NCBI GenBank assembly: GCA_963708135.1
Contig: OY970192.1
Coordinates: 1,568,001-1,632,000, forward strand
Length of the DNA stretch: 64,000 nucleotides
Direction of reading: 5' to 3'
From: an uncultured Gemmatimonadales bacterium
GTDB taxonomy: Bacteria > Gemmatimonadota > Gemmatimonadetes > Longimicrobiales > RSA9
In this document: positions 1-9,956 of the stretch, one piece after another
Numbering within the stretch: position 1 is the first letter of the stretch
How the letters are laid out: every line of letters begins with the position of its first letter
Notes under the pieces: generated by a model
What the model was told of the DNA's origin: nothing
Seen by the model: only the letters and a program-made list of their open reading frames with translations
Databases searched by the model: none
Translations under genes and position numbers: made by a program

Positions 1-160
1 CCAGCAGCTCGACCCCCGCCGCCTCCATGGCCGGGCCGCCCAGGCCGTAGAGGCTCGCCGCAGGCCAGCGCGCTTTCAGCGCGCGCGCAACCGCCGCGCC
101 GGCCGCATCGCCGGACGGCTCTCCCGCAGAGAGTAGCAGCGTGGGCGATCTGTGTGTCAC
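1..160 (-). CDS. lpxB: Lipid-A-disaccharide synthase, 5' part only (runs off window)
   Basis: Not in the ORF track. Manual translation from GTG at 160 gives MTHRSPTLLLSAGEPSGDAAGAAVARALKARWPAASLYGLGGPAMEAAGVELL, matching the LpxB N-terminal AGExSGD...GxGGxxM pattern. It lies downstream of lpxA. Confidence 0.9.
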   Translation of the reverse strand, partial: MTHRSPTLLLSAGEPSGDAAGAAVARALKARWPAASLYGLGGPAMEAAGVELL

Positions 161-285
161 CGGGTCCGCACGAGGTACCACATGACCAGGAGGACCACGA
201 TCAGAAGGACGACCAGCGCCAGCGGCGACATCGGCCGCACCGGGCCCGGCGCGGCGCCGCTACGCGGGCTGCGTCCGGGCGACAT
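157..285 (-). CDS. Small single-pass membrane protein (42 aa; 24 aa if the ATG at 231 is used)
   Basis: MSPGRSPRSGAAPGPVRPMSPLALVVLLIVVLLVMWYLVRTR*. GC3-rich codons. Its TGA overlaps the lpxB GTG (GTGA). Confidence 0.6.
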   Translation of the reverse strand: MSPGRSPRSGAAPGPVRPMSPLALVVLLIVVLLVMWYLVRTR

Positions 286-1249
286 GCTGCTCGATCCGCT
301 CCACGATCTGCAGCCCGACCGCGAGCGCCTCCCGCCCCTCGCGCCCCGTCACCGCCACCGGCGCGCGGCCGAGCGCCGCCGCCACGAAGCTCTCGAGCTC
401 GCACCGCAGCGGTTCCGCCCCGTCCGAGCGCAGCGACACCGCCTCCACGATCTCCTCCAGCCGCGTCGCCGGCAGCGCCGTGCCCGCCGCGAGCGCTACG
501 TCCGGCCGCAACCGCAGAAACTCCCCCGTCCCCGCCGCCAGGTCCAGGCTGATGTAGCCCGAGCGCTGGAAGAAGCGGATCTTCCGCCGCCGTTCCACCG
601 AGACCCGACTCGCCGTCAGGTTCGCCACGCCTCCGCCCTCGAACTCAAGCCGCGCGTTCGCGATGTCCGGACTCCTCGTGAGCACGGGCACCCCCACGGC
701 CGCAATGCTCGTCACCGGCCGCTTCATGAGGCTGAGAACCAGGTCGAGGTCATGGATCATAAGATCAAGAACGACAGCTACATCCGTCCCGCGCGGACCG
801 AACGGAGCCAGCCGGTGGCACTCCACGAACAGCGGCGCCTCCAGGTACGGCTCACACGCCCTCAGCGCGCCGTTGAAGCGCTCCACGTGACCGATCTGCA
901 CGGTCGCCCCGGCCGCGTCCGCGGCGGACAGGATGCGGTCTGCAGCCTGCAGCGTGGGGGCGATCGGCTTCTCGATCAGCACGTGGGTGCCGGCGGCCAG
1001 GAGCCCCATCGCGATGCGCTCATGGGCGGAGGTGGGCACGGCCACGACCGCGGCGTCGATGCGCCCGGCCAGGTCCGGCAGCGACGGGAAGGTGGCCACG
1101 TCGAGCTCCTCGCCCACGCGGGCGAGGCGGTCGGGATCGCTGTCGTGGACCCCGACCAGCTCGGCATCCGCGATCTCGCGAAGCAGGCGGGCGTGGTGGA
1201 ACCCGAGGCTCCCCACGCCCACGACTGCGACCTTCAGCCGGTCGGCCAT
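260..1249 (-). CDS. Gfo/Idh/MocA oxidoreductase, GnnA-like (UDP-GlcNAc 3-dehydrogenase candidate)
   Basis: GVGSLG Rossmann motif, EKP, GHVERFN and DLMIHD. Located between lpxA and lpxB. Start trimmed to the ATG at 1249. Confidence 0.85.
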   Translation of the reverse strand: MADRLKVAVVGVGSLGFHHARLLREIADAELVGVHDSDPDRLARVGEELDVATFPSLPDLAGRIDAAVVAVPTSAHERIAMGLLAAGTHVLIEKPIAPTLQAADRILSAADAAGATVQIGHVERFNGALRACEPYLEAPLFVECHRLAPFGPRGTDVAVVLDLMIHDLDLVLSLMKRPVTSIAAVGVPVLTRSPDIANARLEFEGGGVANLTASRVSVERRRKIRFFQRSGYISLDLAAGTGEFLRLRPDVALAAGTALPATRLEEIVEAVSLRSDGAEPLRCELESFVAAALGRAPVAVTGREGREALAVGLQIVERIEQHVARTQPA

Positions 1250-1250
1250 C

Positions 1251-2048
1251 TCAGAGGGTGATGCCGCGCTCGCTCGACGCGATGAAGGCGAGGAACCGCT
1301 CGATCTCCGGCCACGGCGGCAGCTCCACACGGGCCTGTGCCAGCGCCTGCGAGACGTTGAGCGGGGAATGGAAGAAGAGGTGGTAGGCGCGCTTGAGCTC
1401 GCGCCGCACCTGCTCGGAGAAGCCGCGGCGCTGCAGTCCGACGCTGTTGAGTCCGTAGAGCTTGAGCGGCGCGCCGGACGCGCGCAGGTAGGGCGGCACG
1501 TCCTTGGACACGCGCGACATCCCGCCCACGAAGGAGTGGGCGCCGATCCTCGTGAACTGGTGGATCGCCGTCATCCCGCCCACGATCGCCCAGTCCTCGA
1601 TCGCGACGTGCCCGCCCATGTTCACGGCGTTCGACAGGATCACGTGATCGCCGATCACGCAGTCGTGCGCAACGTGCACGTACGCCATGATCAGGCAGTC
1701 GCGGCCGACCTCGGTCCGCCCGTGCGCCGCCGTGCCACGGTTCAGCGTCACGAACTCGCGGATCACCGTACGATCCCCCACCACGAGCTGCGTATACTCG
1801 CCACCGTACTTGAGGTCCTGCGGATCGCCGCCCAGCGCAGCGCCCGTATGCACCTCGCAGCGGTCGCCAAGGATCGTGTCCCGCTCGATCACCACGTGCG
1901 CCCCCAGCCGCGTGGCCTCCCCCACCACGACGTTCGGGCCCACCACGCAGTACGGCCCCACGACCACGTCGGGACCCAGCTCCGCGGTCGAGTCGATCAC
2001 CGCGGTCGGGTGGACCTCGCTCAGCGGCCATGCCTTCGCATTCAACAT
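1251..2048 (-). CDS. lpxA: UDP-N-acetylglucosamine acyltransferase
   Basis: Hexapeptide repeats, PQDLKY, IREFVTLNRGT, HVAHDC and DVPPY. Confidence 0.96.
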   Translation of the reverse strand: MLNAKAWPLSEVHPTAVIDSTAELGPDVVVGPYCVVGPNVVVGEATRLGAHVVIERDTILGDRCEVHTGAALGGDPQDLKYGGEYTQLVVGDRTVIREFVTLNRGTAAHGRTEVGRDCLIMAYVHVAHDCVIGDHVILSNAVNMGGHVAIEDWAIVGGMTAIHQFTRIGAHSFVGGMSRVSKDVPPYLRASGAPLKLYGLNSVGLQRRGFSEQVRRELKRAYHLFFHSPLNVSQALAQARVELPPWPEIERFLAFIASSERGITL

Positions 2049-2062
2049 GGGCACCGCCTCCT

Positions 2063-3349
2063 TCAGCGGTCCACCAGCGTGGCCATCATCTCACCCTCCG
2101 CCACCACCCGCCCATCGACGTAGCCGACGCCGCGCATCCGGCAGGCCAGCCGCCGCAACTGCAGCATCTCGACCTCGAAGCGGATCTGGTCGCCCGGCGT
2201 CACCGGGCGCCGCCACTTAACCTTGTCCAGCGACATGAAATAGACCACCTTCTCCTCGAACGCTTCCACCGCATCCATCAGCAGCAGGCCACCCACCTGC
2301 GCCATCGCCTCTATGATCAGGACCCCCGGCATCACCGGGTGCCCCGGATAGTGTCCCTGGAAGAACGGTTCGTTGATCGTCACGTTCTTGATCCCGACGA
2401 TCCTCTTCCCCGGCTCGAACTCGACGACGCGGTCCACCAGCAGCATCGGATAACGGTGCGGCAGGTGCTGCATGATCTGCATCACGTCCACCTGCGTGTT
2501 CGCGCTCTCGTGCTGCGCCTGCTGCCGGATCGCGCTCGCCAGCGCGAGGTTGCCCGCGTGGCTCGGCCGGTCCGCCACGACGTGGCCGTGCACGCGCGCA
2601 CCCAGCAGCGCCAGGTCGCCCACCACATCCCCGATCTTGTGCCGCACGAACTCGTCGGGAAAGCGCAGCGCGCCGCCCACCACACCGCTCTCATCCAGCA
2701 CGATCGCGTTCTCAAGCGTCGCGCCGCGCGCCAGCCCGCGCGACTGGAGCTCCTCCTTCTCCCGCAAGAACCCGAAGGTGCGCGCCGATGAGAGGTTCCG
2801 CGAGAACCCCGCGGACGTGACATCGAAGGACGCGAACTGTCGTCGCACCAGCGGGTGCTCGAACTCGATCGTGGCTGAGATGCGCAGCGTGTCCGCCGGC
2901 GCCGCCACGTACGAGGCACCACCCGTCGCCGCCGCCGTGAGCGGCCGCGCCACGCGCACCACCCGCGCATCCTCCGCCTGCGTCTCGCGACCCGCCGCGT
3001 CGAGCACATCGTAGAACGGCCGGAAGCTGCCGTCCATGATCGGGATCTCCGGCCCCTCGACCTCCACGACCACGTTGTCCAGCTCGAGCGCCGCCATCGC
3101 CGCCATCAGGTGCTCCACCGTGTGGACCACCGCCGACCCCGCCCCCAGCGAGGTGCCCCGGTCCGTGGAGCATACGTGCTCCAGGTCCGCCGGGATCTCC
3201 GGGGCTTCCGCCAGGTCGCTGCGCCGGAAGCGGATGCCGCTCCCCGGCTCCGCGGGCCGGAACCGCACCCGCACCGGCTCCCCCGTGTGCAGCCCCGTCC
3301 CCTGCAGCTCGGCCGCCTCGCCCAGTGTCTGCTGCTTCGGCCCCTTCAC
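2063..3349 (-). CDS. lpxC/fabZ: Bifunctional LpxC deacetylase / FabZ dehydratase
   Basis: LpxC motifs GLHTG, TVEH, ARTFGF and RHKIGD are followed in frame by FabZ motifs LPHRYPMLLVDR and FFQGHYP..PVMPGVLIIEAMAQ. Confidence 0.96.
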   Translation of the reverse strand: MKGPKQQTLGEAAELQGTGLHTGEPVRVRFRPAEPGSGIRFRRSDLAEAPEIPADLEHVCSTDRGTSLGAGSAVVHTVEHLMAAMAALELDNVVVEVEGPEIPIMDGSFRPFYDVLDAAGRETQAEDARVVRVARPLTAAATGGASYVAAPADTLRISATIEFEHPLVRRQFASFDVTSAGFSRNLSSARTFGFLREKEELQSRGLARGATLENAIVLDESGVVGGALRFPDEFVRHKIGDVVGDLALLGARVHGHVVADRPSHAGNLALASAIRQQAQHESANTQVDVMQIMQHLPHRYPMLLVDRVVEFEPGKRIVGIKNVTINEPFFQGHYPGHPVMPGVLIIEAMAQVGGLLLMDAVEAFEEKVVYFMSLDKVKWRRPVTPGDQIRFEVEMLQLRRLACRMRGVGYVDGRVVAEGEMMATLVDR

Positions 3350-4374
3350 GACTCCGACTCCCGCCCCAGCAGGGCACGCTCCAGCGCCCGCAGCCGCTTG
3401 AGCGCCTCAGGAAGGCGGAACAACGCCGCCTGCGCCCGAAGCGCCTCCCTGTGCGGCCGCGCCGGATAACCGCTGTAGACCGCGCCGGCCGGAACGTCGC
3501 CGAACACCCCCGCCTGTCCCGCCACCGTCGCGCCGTCGCCCACCTCGATATGTCCCTGCAGGCCCGCCTGCCCCGCCAGCGTCACCCGCCGGCCGATCAC
3601 AGAGCTGCCCGAGATCCCCACCTGGGCCACGATCACCGCCTGCTCACCCACCCGCACGTTGTGTCCGATGTGCACGAGGTTGTCGATCTTCACCCCGTCG
3701 CAGATCTCCGTCGCGCCCACCGAGCCCCGGTCGATCGTCGTGTTCGCGCCGATCTCCACGTCCGCTCCGATCACGCACCCGCCCACCTGCGGCACCTTCC
3801 GGTGCCCGCCATCCGTGTACACGTAGCCGAACCCATCCACCCCCGCGCGCACCCCGCTGTGCAGGATGCTTCGCGCCCCGACATGTACGCCCCGGTACAG
3901 CGTCACGTGCGGGTGCAGCACCACGTCCTCGCCCAGCACACAGTCGTTCCCGACCACCGCATGCGCCCCCACCCGAGCCCGCGCCCCCACCCGCGTCCCA
4001 CGCCCCACGACCGCATACGCTTCCACCCTCACATCCGGCCCCAGCTCCGCACCCGCGCCGATCACCGCCGTCGGGTGTACATCCGCCCGCTCGGGCACCT
4101 CCGGAAACAGCTCCTCGAGCACGCGCGCCAGCGCCCGATGCACGTCGCGCACGACGATGCGCGGGATCGCCGTGCGCTCACGGCCCGCCAGCGCCCGGCT
4201 CACCAGGAGCGCGCCGGCATGAGACCGCTCAAGATATTTGGAATACCTGGGGCTGGCAAGAAACGTCAGTTCCCGCGGACCCGCGCGATCGAGGGGGGCC
4301 ACGGACTCCAGCTCGGGATCCGAACCCCCCTCCAACGTGCCGTCTACGAGCTGCGCGATCTCGGATGCCCTCAC
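3346..4374 (-). CDS. lpxD: UDP-3-O-acylglucosamine N-acyltransferase
   Basis: DGFGY, IGANTTIDRG, KIDNLVHIGHNV and hexapeptide repeats. Confidence 0.96.
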   Translation of the reverse strand: MRASEIAQLVDGTLEGGSDPELESVAPLDRAGPRELTFLASPRYSKYLERSHAGALLVSRALAGRERTAIPRIVVRDVHRALARVLEELFPEVPERADVHPTAVIGAGAELGPDVRVEAYAVVGRGTRVGARARVGAHAVVGNDCVLGEDVVLHPHVTLYRGVHVGARSILHSGVRAGVDGFGYVYTDGGHRKVPQVGGCVIGADVEIGANTTIDRGSVGATEICDGVKIDNLVHIGHNVRVGEQAVIVAQVGISGSSVIGRRVTLAGQAGLQGHIEVGDGATVAGQAGVFGDVPAGAVYSGYPARPHREALRAQAALFRLPEALKRLRALERALLGRESES

Positions 4375-4410
4375 GTCGGCTCTCCGCCCCCCTCGCCGTG
4401 ACGAGCGGCG

Positions 4411-4986
4411 CTAGGGCTTCTTGGCGCCCGGGCTGGATGGCGTGCTGGCCATGGTCTTGAGGCGGGCCAGCACCTGATCTGTCAGGTCGAGAGCCGGATC
4501 GGCGGCCACGAGGCCGGAGCCGGCGGCGTCGAAGATCATGGCGTAGCCACCGGACTTGCGCAGGTCCTCGATGACGCCCTTCACCTTGTCCATGATCGGC
4601 TGGACGAGCTCGCTCTGGCGCTGGTTGAGCTTCTGCTCGAGATCGTTGGCCTTTTGCTGATACGTTGCCTGCTTCTGGCGGATCTCCTCTTCCTTCTGCT
4701 TCTTGGCCTCGGGCGAGAGCATGACCTGCTTCTGCTCGTACTCGCTCATGAGGCTCTTGATGGAGTCCTCCATGATCTTGAGCTGCGCCTGATAGCCCTG
4801 CATCTCCTTCTGGAAGGTGGCCTGGGCCTCCTTGGCGCCGGGCGCTTCCTGGATGATCTTGCGGGAGTCTATGTAGGCGATCTTGGGCACCGACTGGGCG
4901 GACGCGGTCGCGGTGGCGACCAGGGCCAACCCGGCAGCCGCGGTCAGGGCGGTGAGTAGCTTTCGCATTCGCTGACTGTTCTCCAT
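4411..4986 (-). CDS. skp: Skp/OmpH periplasmic chaperone
   Basis: Signal peptide, KIAYID, long coiled coil and C-terminal DLTDQVL. Located between bamA and lpxD. The start may be the downstream ATG (MRKLL). Confidence 0.93.
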   Translation of the reverse strand: MENSQRMRKLLTALTAAAGLALVATATASAQSVPKIAYIDSRKIIQEAPGAKEAQATFQKEMQGYQAQLKIMEDSIKSLMSEYEQKQVMLSPEAKKQKEEEIRQKQATYQQKANDLEQKLNQRQSELVQPIMDKVKGVIEDLRKSGGYAMIFDAAGSGLVAADPALDLTDQVLARLKTMASTPSSPGAKKP

Positions 4987-4995
4987 CGCGAAGGT

Positions 4996-7437
4996 TTAGA
5001 AGCCGGCGCCGAACTTGAAGTGCAGTTGCCAGCCCGGCCGATCCTTGTCGAAGCCGTACGCGTAGTCGAGCCCGAGCGGCCCGAAGGGCGTGACCAGGGT
5101 GACGCCCAGCCCGGCGCCGCGCAGGAGCCGCGTCGGGTTGATGTCGCTCGCCTTCTCCCAGATGTTGCCCGCGTCGTAGAAGAGCGAGAGGGAGAGGTTG
5201 TCGTTGACGCGCGCCGCGTACTCCGCGCTGATCTTCATGTACGCGTTCCCGATGCGGTTCTGCAGCGGGAAGTTGGTCACGCCGCGCGGTACATACCCGA
5301 ATGGGGTGACGGTGGTTTCGTCGTAGCCGCGCAGCGACTCGCCGAACTGGACCCCGCCCATGAAGAAGCGCTCGAAGGGGAAGCCGGCGGCGCCTCCGGT
5401 GATGGATCCGGCGGAGGCGGTCAGCCCGAGGGTGAAGCGGATCGGGCGGCCGCCCGGCGCGCTGCCGCCGAGCTGGCCGACGGGCACGTACCAGCTGCCG
5501 GACGCGGTGTACTTCTGGAACTGCGCGTTGCCCTGGAGCGGCCCGCCGTTGAAGTCCGCCTGGAGCTCCTGCCTGGAGCCGACGGTCGGGAAGGTGGGGC
5601 TGTCCAGCGTGTTTCGCACCAGATCGACCGTGAAGGTGCTCTGCATCCCGGGCGGCAGGCCGAAGATCGAGGACGCCTCGTTCGCGCTGCTGAACTCCTG
5701 GTAGGTCGTGCGGGCGAGCGAGTAGCCCAGGAAGATGCGCGTGCGGCCGGAGCGGTCGCCGGGGAGCGGCAAGCCGAAGCGGAGCGAGGCGCCGGTGCGC
5801 CGGCGCTGGCCCTCGGAGAACTGGATGAAGCGGTCGCGCGAGCTGAAGAGGGAGAGCGAGCCGCTGATCAGGGAGCCCTTGATCCCCGGGTCACTGTAGC
5901 TGGCCTCGAGGTTGTTCGAGTACTGCCCGAACTCCCAGCGCAGATGACCCGCCTTCGCCTGCCCGAAGAGATTGGGCTGATCGTAGCCCAGGAACCCAGC
6001 CACGCCCGTCCCGCCGCCCAGCGCCGTGCCGAAGTTGATCGAGCCGGTCTGCTTCTCCTTGACCTGGAACGTGATGTTGACGTCGCCGTTGTCGGTCGGC
6101 TCGATCTTCGGGGCGGGCGCCGGCGTCTCGAAGAAGCCCAGCGCCATGATGTTGCGGTAGCTCTGGATGAGCAGGTCCTCGTTGTAGACGTCGCCCGGAA
6201 GGAGCAGGACCTGTTCGCGGATGACGCGCTCGTGCGTGAAGGTGTTGCCCACGATCGTCACGCGGTTGACGTAGGCGGGCTCGCCTTCCTGGATCTGCCA
6301 GGCGACGTCCACCGTGTGCTTCGCCGCGTCGCGGTCGATCACCGGCTCCACCTGCGCGTACAGGTAGCCGTTGTTGTTATAGAGCTGCCTGAGCTTGTCC
6401 GTCGCCTGGGTGAAGGCGGCCTCGTCGAACACCGGCTCCTGGCCGGCGTTCCCGCTCAGCAGCCCACCCTGGGCCGGCTCGAAGTAGCGCTTCAGCTCCT
6501 CGGAGGAGAAGTGGTGGTTGCCGCGCACGTCGAAGGAGGCCATCCGGTACTGCGGCCCCTCGTCCACGCGAATCACCAGGCGCGCCTTGCCCGTGTGCGG
6601 GTCCACCACCAGCGTGTCACCCGTCACCCTGGCATCGATGTAGCCGTGGCTGCCGTAGAACGCCGGCAGGTTCACCTGCATGTCCTTGCGGACCTGGTCC
6701 TGCTCGTAGGTGCCCGTGCGGAACCAGAGGAACCCTTCCTGCTTGGTGTCCAGCGCGCCGCGCAACTGGTCGTCGGTGAAGACCTTGTTGCCATCGAAGG
6801 AGATCTGCGCGACGGAGACCCGGTTCCCCTCCTGTACGTCGAAGACGAGCCGGTATTCGCCCGGGTGACCCTGGAGCGGGACCATCTTGGACTCGATGTC
6901 GCGGACCTGGAAGCCCTTGTCCGCGAGCAGCTTGCGTGTCCTCGCCACGGCTTCTGCGACCTTCTCGGGATCGTACGGCTGGCCCGATTTCAGACCCACC
7001 GTGTCAGTGATCGCCCCCTGCCCCACGTGCTGCAGCCCCTGGAACTGGACCTGGGCCACGAAGGGTTGCTCGGTCACGCTCACCACCAGCACGGCCCCAG
7101 TCGCGGGCGCACCCTCCGCGTAGACCTTCACGTCCTTGAACTGGCCCGACGCGTAGAGCCGTCTCACGCCGCGCTGGACGTCGCGGAAGGTGATCGTGTC
7201 GCCGGCGCGGACGCCGAAGAGCGCCTTGACCTGGTCCGGCTTCTCGCGGACAGCGCCTTCGACGTGGACGCTGTCGATCGCCAGACGCCCGGCCACCTGC
7301 TGCGGGCCAGGCTGCTGCTGTGCGGCCGCCGGCGTCGCGGCGGCCAGGCAAAGCGCGAAGAGGGCCGCCGCTCTGGCGGCGGCCCTCGGGATGGTCGCGA
7401 CGCCCCCTGGAACCGACTGTTGCGAAAAACAGCTCAT
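4996..7437 (-). CDS. bamA: Outer membrane protein assembly factor BamA
   Basis: POTRA repeats (GN..F, GNTFTHERVIRE), VKEKQTG, LRGYD loop, TPFGPLGLDYAYG and terminal Phe. Confidence 0.96.
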   Translation of the reverse strand: MSCFSQQSVPGGVATIPRAAARAAALFALCLAAATPAAAQQQPGPQQVAGRLAIDSVHVEGAVREKPDQVKALFGVRAGDTITFRDVQRGVRRLYASGQFKDVKVYAEGAPATGAVLVVSVTEQPFVAQVQFQGLQHVGQGAITDTVGLKSGQPYDPEKVAEAVARTRKLLADKGFQVRDIESKMVPLQGHPGEYRLVFDVQEGNRVSVAQISFDGNKVFTDDQLRGALDTKQEGFLWFRTGTYEQDQVRKDMQVNLPAFYGSHGYIDARVTGDTLVVDPHTGKARLVIRVDEGPQYRMASFDVRGNHHFSSEELKRYFEPAQGGLLSGNAGQEPVFDEAAFTQATDKLRQLYNNNGYLYAQVEPVIDRDAAKHTVDVAWQIQEGEPAYVNRVTIVGNTFTHERVIREQVLLLPGDVYNEDLLIQSYRNIMALGFFETPAPAPKIEPTDNGDVNITFQVKEKQTGSINFGTALGGGTGVAGFLGYDQPNLFGQAKAGHLRWEFGQYSNNLEASYSDPGIKGSLISGSLSLFSSRDRFIQFSEGQRRRTGASLRFGLPLPGDRSGRTRIFLGYSLARTTYQEFSSANEASSIFGLPPGMQSTFTVDLVRNTLDSPTFPTVGSRQELQADFNGGPLQGNAQFQKYTASGSWYVPVGQLGGSAPGGRPIRFTLGLTASAGSITGGAAGFPFERFFMGGVQFGESLRGYDETTVTPFGYVPRGVTNFPLQNRIGNAYMKISAEYAARVNDNLSLSLFYDAGNIWEKASDINPTRLLRGAGLGVTLVTPFGPLGLDYAYGFDKDRPGWQLHFKFGAGF

Positions 7438-9908
7438 GTCTTCGTGGACGAGAGTACCCTGAACTCGAGCGCCTCCCCTTCGGGAGCAACGTCGACCTCG
7501 ATCTCCTCGCCGGCGGAGAGCTCCGTGCTCAGGATCTTCTCCGACAGCGGGTCCTCCATGAAGCGCTGGATGGCGCGCCGCAGCGGGCGAGCTCCGAACT
7601 TCTCGTCGTAGCCGTGATCCACCAGGAACAAGATCGCGGGGTCCGTCATCCGGATCTTGATCCCCTCCTCGGCCAGGCGGTCGCGCACCTCGCGCAGCAT
7701 GATGTGCACGATCTGCCCGATCTGCTCGCGGTCGAGCGGGTGGAAGACGATGATGTCATCGACCCGGTTCAGGAACTCGGGGTTGAACGCCCGCTCGATC
7801 TCATCCTTCACGCGCGTGCGCATCGTCTCGTACTGCGTGGCGCCATCCTGCGGGTGGAAGCCGAGCGCCTTCCCCTTGGTGATGTCGCGCGCCCCGAGGT
7901 TCGACGTCATGATCAGCACGGTGTTCTTGAAGTCGATCACGCGACCGTAGTTGTCCGTGAGCCGCCCCTCATCGAGCACCTGGAGCAGGATGTTGAACAC
8001 GTCCGGGTGCGCCTTCTCGATCTCGTCGAGCAGGATCACCGAGTACGGCCGGCGGCGCACGGCTTTCGTGAGCGTCCCCGAATCCTCGTAGCCCACGTAG
8101 CCGGGAGGCGCGCCGATCAGGCGGGACACGGAGAACTTCTCCATGTACTCGCTCATGTCCACGCGGATGAGGGCATCCCGGTCGGCGAAGAGGAACTCCG
8201 CCAGCGCACGCGCGAGCTCCGTCTTCCCCACGCCGGTGGGACCGCTGAAGATGAAGCTGCCGATCGGCCGGCTCGGGTTCTTCAGCCCGGCGCGGCTGCG
8301 GCGGATCGCCCGGCTGATGGCGCGGATCGCCTCGTCCTGCCCGACCACGCGCTCGTGCAGCTCCTCCTCCATCCGCACGAGCCGCTCCGTCTCCGCCTCC
8401 TGCAGCCGGGTGACGGGGATCCCCGTCCAGCGGCTCACGATGAAGGCGACCTCCTCCTCGCCGATCTCGGGCCGGTGCGTGCGACGTTCCTGCTCCCACT
8501 CCTCCTGCTTGGCGCGGATGTCGGCCTGGAGCTCGCGCTCCCGGTCCCGCAGATCGGCCGCGCGCTCGAAGTCCTGATCGCGGATCGACTCGTCCTTCTT
8601 CGCCGCGAGCGCCTCCAGGTCGTCCTTCAGCGCGGCCACCTCCGGCGGCGGCACCTGCGTGGCGAGGCGCGCCCGCGCGCCGGCCTCGTCGATCACGTCG
8701 ATCGCCTTGTCCGGCAGGAAGCGGTCGGTGATGTAGCGCTCCGAGAGGCGGGCCGCCGAGCCGAGCGTGTCGTCGGGGATGACGACCTTGTGGTGGTCCT
8801 CGTAGTGCTTCTTCAGCCCCTTCAGGATCTCGATCGTCTCGTCGATCGTGGGCGGGTCGATCACGATCGGCTGGAAGCGCCGCTCGAGCGCGCCGTCCTT
8901 CTCGATGTATTTGCGGTACTCGTTCAGCGTGGAAGCGCCCACGCACTGAAGCTCGCCGCGCGCAAGCGCGGGCTTCAGCATGTTCGAGGCGTCGATGGCG
9001 CCTTCGGCCGCGCCCGCGCCGACCAGCGTGTGCAGCTCGTCGATGAAGAGGATGATGTTCTTGTTCTGCGCGATCTCGTTCATGATCGCCTTCAGCCGCT
9101 CCTCGAACTGCCCGCGGTACTTCGTGCCGGCGATCACGGCCGCCATGTCGAGCGCGAGGACGCGGTGGTCCTTCAGGCTGTCCGCCACCTCGCCCTTCGC
9201 GATCAGCTGGGCCAGCCCTTCCACGATGGCGGTCTTGCCGACGCCCGGCTCCCCGATCAGCACCGGGTTGTTCTTCTTGCGGCGCGACAGCACCTCCATG
9301 ACGCGCTCGATCTCGTCCCCTCGCCCGATGGTCGGGTCCAGCTTGTTCTCGCGCGCGAGGTCGGTCAGATCGCGGCAGAAGTGGTCAAGCGCCGGGGTCT
9401 TCGACTTCTTCTCCCCCTTCGGCGTCGCCATGCCCCCGCCCCCGCCGCCGGTCGGCTGCGACGGGTTCACGTCGCTGCCGAGCAGCTTCAGGGTCTCGGC
9501 CCGAGCCTCCTCGAGCGAGACCCCTAGCGAGTTCAGCACCTGCGCCGCGATTCCCTTCTCCTCGCGCAGCAGGCCCAGCAGCAGGTGCTCGGTGCCGACG
9601 TAGGAGTGGTTGAGCTCGCGCGCCTCGGCCATGGCGTATTCCAGCACCTTCTTGGCGCGCGAGGTGTAGGGCAGCTCGCCCAGGGCGATCGTCGCCTTCC
9701 CCTTGCGCACCGACTCCTCGATCCGCTCGTGGACCTGCTCCAGGTCCACGTTCAGGTTCATCAGCACGGTCGCGGCCATGCCTTCACCTTCGCGGATCAG
9801 GCCGAGGAGTATGTGCTCCGTCCCGACATAGTCATGCTGCAAGCGGATGGCTTCTTCCCTTGCCATGGCAAGGACCTTCCGAACCCGATCCGTGAAATTG
9901 TAGTTCAT
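7434..9908 (-). CDS. clpC: ATP-dependent Clp protease ATPase ClpC
   Basis: Two Clp-N repeats ([16 protein letters not shown]), Walker A motifs GEPGVGKT and [11 protein letters not shown] coil, and a ClpP-docking LGF loop. Confidence 0.96.
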   Translation of the reverse strand: MNYNFTDRVRKVLAMAREEAIRLQHDYVGTEHILLGLIREGEGMAATVLMNLNVDLEQVHERIEESVRKGKATIALGELPYTSRAKKVLEYAMAEARELNHSYVGTEHLLLGLLREEKGIAAQVLNSLGVSLEEARAETLKLLGSDVNPSQPTGGGGGGMATPKGEKKSKTPALDHFCRDLTDLARENKLDPTIGRGDEIERVMEVLSRRKKNNPVLIGEPGVGKTAIVEGLAQLIAKGEVADSLKDHRVLALDMAAVIAGTKYRGQFEERLKAIMNEIAQNKNIILFIDELHTLVGAGAAEGAIDASNMLKPALARGELQCVGASTLNEYRKYIEKDGALERRFQPIVIDPPTIDETIEILKGLKKHYEDHHKVVIPDDTLGSAARLSERYITDRFLPDKAIDVIDEAGARARLATQVPPPEVAALKDDLEALAAKKDESIRDQDFERAADLRDRERELQADIRAKQEEWEQERRTHRPEIGEEEVAFIVSRWTGIPVTRLQEAETERLVRMEEELHERVVGQDEAIRAISRAIRRSRAGLKNPSRPIGSFIFSGPTGVGKTELARALAEFLFADRDALIRVDMSEYMEKFSVSRLIGAPPGYVGYEDSGTLTKAVRRRPYSVILLDEIEKAHPDVFNILLQVLDEGRLTDNYGRVIDFKNTVLIMTSNLGARDITKGKALGFHPQDGATQYETMRTRVKDEIERAFNPEFLNRVDDIIVFHPLDREQIGQIVHIMLREVRDRLAEEGIKIRMTDPAILFLVDHGYDEKFGARPLRRAIQRFMEDPLSEKILSTELSAGEEIEVDVAPEGEALEFRVLSSTKT

Positions 9909-9956
9909 GGAATTCCTCGTCGCCGGAGACCGTTCATTCTGTCCAACGCACGCTGA

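Noticed and set aside
5020..9527. Very long plus-strand ORFs (863 aa and 735 aa; likewise 18112-20568, 33606-36890, 36706-39135)
   Set aside because: Antisense shadows of bamA, clpC, rnr, the Omp85 gene and the HEAT gene. High GC3 removes stops on the opposite strand, and they carry no recognisable motifs.
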